The notes under the pieces are model-generated. The model saw only the letters and a list, made by a program, of their open reading frames with translations. It did not search any database and was not told the origin of the DNA. A stretch of 63,321 nt of DNA from a virus (taxonomy: Duplodnaviria; Caudoviricetes). The stretch spans positions 1 to 63,321 of the IMG/VR virus record IMGVR_UViG_3300030117_005840. One strand, written 5' to 3'. Below, piece after piece: positions 58,459 through 63,321 of this stretch (position 1 is the first letter of the stretch; every line of letters begins with the position of its first letter). The position numbers and the translations under genes are program-made.

Positions 58459-58713
58459 ATGGCAGATGAGGCTAAACAGAAATATTACCAAGATAACAAA
58501 GAGGCGCGTCTAGCCTATCAGCGTGCTTATTACAGGAAAAACAAGGCTTTGATTAAACGTAGAGCAGAGCTGAAAAAGGAAAATGATCCGTCATGGGAGG
58601 ATGCGCGGAAGGAATATAACCGGCTCTATTACCGAAAAAACCGCGCAAAAATCCGTGAAAACCGCGCGCGTTTACGCAAAAACCGCGCAGAAAGTGAGTC
58701 CGAAAAGGCGTGA
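58459..58713 (+). CDS. Basic helical protein with YY..N repeats
   Basis: KYYQDNKE, AYYRKNKA and LYYRKNRA. Confidence 0.55.
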   Translation: MADEAKQKYYQDNKEARLAYQRAYYRKNKALIKRRAELKKENDPSWEDARKEYNRLYYRKNRAKIRENRARLRKNRAESESEKA

Positions 58714-58843
58714 AACGTGCTCCATATGAGCGGTTTCTGCCATAAATGAGCGGTTTTGTATGCGCGACCAAAAACCGCGCAAAAACGCTATTCTTGTATT
58801 TTAATCGAAGGAAAAACTAATTGTTGGAATCTGAACAAGTTGA

Positions 58844-58915
58844 AAAGTTTCTCAGAGCCAATTTCCAGTTGTTTCTGTAATAGAAACAACTGGAAATGTA
58901 TAATAGAGAAACTTT
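58844..58915. repeat. Nested palindrome, copy 2
   Basis: Core at 58862-58896; outer arms AAAGTTTCTC (58844) and GAGAAACTTT (58906). Confidence 0.85.
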
Positions 58916-58970
58916 ATATATAGGGGGTGGACTCAATTCTTTTCTATGCTATTGTGTTCAATAATTTGAT

Positions 58971-59447
58971 ATGACTCAATTCCCTACCACCGCGCAATTA
59001 GATAACCCCCGCAGAACACGTCTACCCAGAGCGTCTCAATATGAGATAGATGAGTTTGGTTTCGTTTACCGGCTCAACCGAAAGCTGCGGCTGCAAAACC
59101 GTAGCGGGAAGTGGTTTGCCCAAGTCTACAGGGACGATGGCACTCGCTGGTCTTTCGATACCGATAAGATGGTCAAAGAGCTGTTGGGGGAGCCGGACGA
59201 AGAACTCACCCGCGCTGATGTAGAGGAGGTAATCGGAGCACGTCGGATACCGGACTATCCTCGTTACGCCGTAACATCTTATGGAGCTGTCTACTGCATA
59301 GAACCTCCTTCAAGGGGACCAAATGCCGGTAAGGTATATCTCTTACAAGAGATATTGCGAAACGGCGCATCTTACGTTACCCTTACTAGCTCAGATAAAA
59401 CCAGAGCCCCTGTTCGTGTTTCCGATATTGTAGAATCCGTTTGGTAG
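58971..59447 (+). CDS. Tandem NUMOD4-like DNA-binding protein without a nuclease domain
   Basis: LP....YEID..G.VY and IPDYP.Y.V..YG.VY. Confidence 0.5.
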   Translation: MTQFPTTAQLDNPRRTRLPRASQYEIDEFGFVYRLNRKLRLQNRSGKWFAQVYRDDGTRWSFDTDKMVKELLGEPDEELTRADVEEVIGARRIPDYPRYAVTSYGAVYCIEPPSRGPNAGKVYLLQEILRNGASYVTLTSSDKTRAPVRVSDIVESVW

Positions 59448-59493
59448 GATTAAACCTTGAAGCTGACGAAAAAAGCCTTAAATTTTCGCTTAC

Positions 59494-61728
59494 ATGGAAG
59501 AGTTGGATGCAAAACTGGATGCCTTAGATTCACTAGGCTCTTTAGATAAAAAAGGCAAGCCCGTAAAAACACGCCTAAAGGACGTTAAAAGTGCCTTATC
59601 ACTTTTCCATACTCTAAGGAAGGCTGACGAAAAGTCATCCTACAATCGTGCTCGGGTAGATGCTATGTTCGACGGAGCATCGCCATATGATAGCGGAAGT
59701 CTCGCGGCCAGCGGGCAAGGGTTGAAGACTAACCTGAATTTCGGGGAAGCTCAGCGTTTGCTTGACGTGTCACTTTCCGCTTATGTTGACCTGTATTCAT
59801 CTCTAGAGCGTCTCGTTGAGGTTAAGGGGACTGAGGGTGAGGCTTCAGAGATAAAACCACAGGAAGACATAGTCGCGGAGGAGATTACGCATCTACTCCG
59901 AAGCTGGCCGGAATTTCACAGCAGCTATTTGCGGCTGTGCACCACTTTCATCAAACATGGCGTAGGTATTTCATATTTTGATACACCAGAGGATTGGCGA
60001 TTTAGAGTTGGTTCTTTTGCAGACATGCTGATCCCCCGCCAAACACCATCGTCAGAAGGGCTAATTGACGTAGCCATAGGACGACGCGAATACCATCTAC
60101 ACGAACTGTATGCCTTTATCCGCAACGAAGAGGCAGCAGAACGTGTTGGATGGAACGTGGCTGAGGTTAAACGCGCCATTTTAAAGGGCTCAGGGACGTA
60201 TGGGCGTAACGGGCGAGTTGGCACGTCTCTGACTGATTGGGAGCAATTACAGCAGGAACTGAAGAACAATGACGTTTACCAAGGGTATCAGAACCCCACC
60301 GTCAGCGTATTGCATTTCTGGATCAGGGAAATGGACGGTTCTGTATCGCACTACATTGCGTGTGAGAAGGACGGTAAAAAAGATCAGGAGTTCCTTTATA
60401 AGAAGATATCCCGATATGAATCCCCCGAACGTGCATTTGTTATGTTCACATACGGAGTGGGTTCTAACGGCACATACCACTCTATCCGTGGTTTAGGTCA
60501 CCGTATCTTTAACCATATACAAACAAGTAACAGGCTACGCTGCCAGATGGTTGACGGAGCTATGCTAGGATCAGCCGTTATGATCCAGCCGGAGTCTCAA
60601 CGTGCGTTGGATGAGTTAGGGTTTACTTACTACGGCGCATATGCAGTCCTTAGCCCGAACGTCAACATAATCGAAAAGGCAGTCCCGAATCTAGGAACGG
60701 CTGTGCAACCCGCTCTTGAGGACATCTCTAACCAGCTTGCTATGAACACGGATACCGTGAGCACGTATGGGCAGCAGGGATCACCTTACAGGAATCAGAT
60801 GCAGGTTGTGGCTGATATGGATGTTAGCACACGCCTATCCGGTGCCAGCCTTAACTTATTTTACGCGAGTTGGAATAGATTGATGCGGGAGGTTGTCAGA
60901 CGCATATCCACTAGCACAAAGAATGACCCCGCCTTAGCTACATTCATAAGCCGCTGTGAAGCCAGAGGCGTCCCCGAATCCTTTATCCGCACCCTTGACG
61001 TGGAACGGACAAGGGCTGTTAGGTCAATTGGATCGGGATCATACGCTAATCGATTAGTGGCTCTTAGAGAACTTCAGGCTATCTCAGGTTCGTTTGACGA
61101 GGTAGGCCGCAGAAACCTTACACGCGACATCGTATCTACGCGTGTAGGACACGATCTTGCAGACCGATACACTCCTCAGCTTGAGGGAGCGCGTCCTACG
61201 GTTGATAACAAGATTGCTTACTTTGAAAATCAGGAGTTGACGGCAGGTAGCCCTGTTCCTGTAATTACAAATGAACTACATGGTTCGCATTTACAGATTC
61301 ATTTACCAGCTCTAGGCGAGTTGCTTGAGCAACTTAACGCAGGGGCTGCTGATCCTATGCAAGCCCTACCTGCCTTGCAGGCTTTCTACCAGCACATTGC
61401 TGAGACAGTAGAGTTACTGGCAGGTGATCCATCCCAACAGGTGCTTATAGGAGAAGCGAAACAAGCTCTCCAATACGCTGAGGAGATGATAAATAATACC
61501 AGCAAGAAAGTTCAAAAGATGCAACGGGACGCGGCTCAGGAAGGAGCACCCGAAGGTCAACAGCCAGACCCAGCTATACAAGCTAAAATGGCTGAGCATG
61601 ACATGAAGATGCAGATGGCTCAGCAGAAAGCCCAAATGGATTTGCAAATAAAGCAAGCCAAGTTTGAGCAGGAGCAAGCTATGCGTGACGCAAAGAATGC
61701 AATGGAGCTACGTCAGCTCCAGCAGTAA
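59494..61728 (+). CDS. Portal protein (putative)
   Basis: 744 aa; podoviral portal size; Gln-rich coiled-coil C-terminal barrel; precedes scaffold. Confidence 0.7.
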   Translation: MEELDAKLDALDSLGSLDKKGKPVKTRLKDVKSALSLFHTLRKADEKSSYNRARVDAMFDGASPYDSGSLAASGQGLKTNLNFGEAQRLLDVSLSAYVDLYSSLERLVEVKGTEGEASEIKPQEDIVAEEITHLLRSWPEFHSSYLRLCTTFIKHGVGISYFDTPEDWRFRVGSFADMLIPRQTPSSEGLIDVAIGRREYHLHELYAFIRNEEAAERVGWNVAEVKRAILKGSGTYGRNGRVGTSLTDWEQLQQELKNNDVYQGYQNPTVSVLHFWIREMDGSVSHYIACEKDGKKDQEFLYKKISRYESPERAFVMFTYGVGSNGTYHSIRGLGHRIFNHIQTSNRLRCQMVDGAMLGSAVMIQPESQRALDELGFTYYGAYAVLSPNVNIIEKAVPNLGTAVQPALEDISNQLAMNTDTVSTYGQQGSPYRNQMQVVADMDVSTRLSGASLNLFYASWNRLMREVVRRISTSTKNDPALATFISRCEARGVPESFIRTLDVERTRAVRSIGSGSYANRLVALRELQAISGSFDEVGRRNLTRDIVSTRVGHDLADRYTPQLEGARPTVDNKIAYFENQELTAGSPVPVITNELHGSHLQIHLPALGELLEQLNAGAADPMQALPALQAFYQHIAETVELLAGDPSQQVLIGEAKQALQYAEEMINNTSKKVQKMQRDAAQEGAPEGQQPDPAIQAKMAEHDMKMQMAQQKAQMDLQIKQAKFEQEQAMRDAKNAMELRQLQQ

Positions 61729-61731
61729 TTT

Positions 61732-62037
61732 ATGGCAAAAAATACACCCCTGCCGATCCCATTGGATCGGTGGTTTAAAGATGTCAAACGAATTGAGGAA
61801 TTGCGAGCTATCTTGGATTCTCCGACTTTCCAAGAGGCAGCACTCACGCTTAAAGAAGTCGCAGGCCCGTCCTTCAGCAGCCTCGACCCCGAAACCTCTA
61901 CCAATAGCCAAAGGCTTGCTTGGTATGCAGGATACCGTGATGCTTTTGCTGATCTTCACAAACTCACCAAAGTAAGGGCAGACAAACAAACACAACCCAT
62001 AAATACTGAATGGACTCACATACAGACACAGCAGTAG
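61732..62037 (+). CDS. Small portal-adjacent protein
   Basis: L..ILDSP.F..A and AGY..A...L pattern. Confidence 0.55.
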   Translation: MAKNTPLPIPLDRWFKDVKRIEELRAILDSPTFQEAALTLKEVAGPSFSSLDPETSTNSQRLAWYAGYRDAFADLHKLTKVRADKQTQPINTEWTHIQTQQ

Positions 62038-63200
62038 CTGAAACACCCGCAGACCCCGTAGCCGCTATTCCTGATAGCAACGAACCCACCGATTTCGCAT
62101 CAGCCATTGAAGGCGCATTGGCTTCATTGGAAGCAACCCCTGAGCCGACGCCTGAGCCGACTCCAGAACCCGTAGCGGAAGCAACGCCTGAGCCCGTAGC
62201 GGAAGCAACGCCTGAGCCCGTAGCGGAAGCAGAACCCGCAGCAGAAGCTTTAGAGGAGGATAATGCAGCCGACCCTGACTTGCTAGAGAACCTATCTGAA
62301 GAAACCGGTGACTGGACGCCAAAAGCGGCAAACAGGTTTAAACAGCTAAAAACTGAGCTTAAAGCAAGTCGTTCCGATATGGATCAATTGCGCCAGACTA
62401 TAGCTGAGCAGGAATCTAAAATTCAGGAGATGTCTGGTTTGGTTGAAAACCGCGACATTGACCAGCTACAGGAACGTGTATCTGCTTACGAACATGAGCA
62501 AACCTTTTCAAATCTGGAAAACACAACTGCCTATAAACAGGCCGTAACTGAACCACTACAAAATATTCTGGATAAAGCATCCAGCATCGCTGAGAAATAC
62601 GAAATAGATTCCGATAATCTCATAGATGCTTTAGCTATTGAAGACCCCGCTCAACAGGATGATGCCCTAGAAGGTATTCTAGCAGGAGCATCAGACAGAG
62701 ATAAAGCCACCATTTACAGAGCTATTGAGGATATAGCTCCTATCCTCGACCGCAGGGAGACTTTAATTGAAAACGCTGAGGCTGCTTTAAGCGAAGCTCT
62801 TATGCTAGAGGAGCAACGCCGCAACACAGAAGCAGCGGAGCAGGCGCAGTTACGTTCCAATATTACCCGAAATGTTGTCAAACGAATTGGGGAAAAGCTA
62901 CCATTCCTTAGTGGTGTGGAGAATCTCGACATGAATGCCATTGGGGAAAAGGCTGCTTCTTTAGACCCTACCGTAGTGCACCCTGTAGACTTTGCCTATA
63001 ACGCGGTAGCGGCACAACTTGTCCCCACCCTTGTCCGTGAATACTTGACCTCTACTAAAGAGGTTGAAGCCTTAATGGATAAGCTGGCGGCCTATGAAGG
63101 AGCTGAGCCTACCATGTCCGGCGCACCAGCCGCTGACGGAACCCGCTCTCCAGCAGATGTTAGTTTCGCAGAAGCCATTGAAGCGGCTCTAGGAGGCTAG
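62010..63200 (+). CDS. Capsid scaffolding protein (putative)
   Basis: Acidic; N-terminal EATPEPVA repeats; coiled coil; follows portal. Confidence 0.6.
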   Translation: MDSHTDTAVAETPADPVAAIPDSNEPTDFASAIEGALASLEATPEPTPEPTPEPVAEATPEPVAEATPEPVAEAEPAAEALEEDNAADPDLLENLSEETGDWTPKAANRFKQLKTELKASRSDMDQLRQTIAEQESKIQEMSGLVENRDIDQLQERVSAYEHEQTFSNLENTTAYKQAVTEPLQNILDKASSIAEKYEIDSDNLIDALAIEDPAQQDDALEGILAGASDRDKATIYRAIEDIAPILDRRETLIENAEAALSEALMLEEQRRNTEAAEQAQLRSNITRNVVKRIGEKLPFLSGVENLDMNAIGEKAASLDPTVVHPVDFAYNAVAAQLVPTLVREYLTSTKEVEALMDKLAAYEGAEPTMSGAPAADGTRSPADVSFAEAIEAALGG

Positions 63201-63321
63201 TTGCAGGATTCAGGGATCAGGTTACATTGATCAATGGCATTTCCCGAAACAGATGCATCAGGTAAGTTCCTTCGCCAAAAACAAACGGCAAGACCACAAT
63301 CCTCCTTTCAGGCGGCTAATG

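Noticed and set aside
62131-62240. 24-bp repeats in the scaffold gene as a regulatory array
   Set aside because: They are in-frame and encode a low-complexity EATPEPVA linker
63222-63321. Biological direct terminal repeat
   Set aside because: It is exactly 100 nt and cuts within a gene, which fits an assembly circularisation overlap better

Overview
The window looks like a complete, circularly permuted dsDNA tailed-phage genome (podovirus-like; unit length about 63.2 kb). The last 100 nt repeat the first 100 nt with one mismatch. Modules in order: head and tail genes around the major capsid gene (3096-4421); a lysis cluster with two holin-like ORFs, an overlapping spanin pair, an amidase and a lysozyme; a minus-strand replication block (primase-helicase, PolA, SSB, Cas4-like exonuclease, GIY-YIG, SNF2 helicase, RuvC-like resolvase); terminase; and probable ejection proteins including a 5145-aa polyvalent protein. 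After these come a minus-strand array of small accessory genes sharing one leader repeat, a compositionally distinct 6 kb region with a MoxR-AAA+/unknown/peptidase-vWA operon and repeat arrays, then portal and scaffold. I saw no integrase, tRNA or CRISPR array. The most interesting signals are: (1) the giant protein is built from enzyme cassettes (GNAT, TGT/DpdA-like, SAM-methyltransferase-like, ART-like, peptidase-like) separated by a recurring L-x-[TS]-S-[IL]-[GS] motif; (2) a tandem structured RNA element with a complementary switch strand sits in the capsid 5' leader; (3) an identical nested palindrome occurs twice, about half a genome apart; (4) a repeat-delimited gene cassette array; (5) a region with skewed palindromic-word usage. 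All calls are by-eye motif recognition; no database searches were run.
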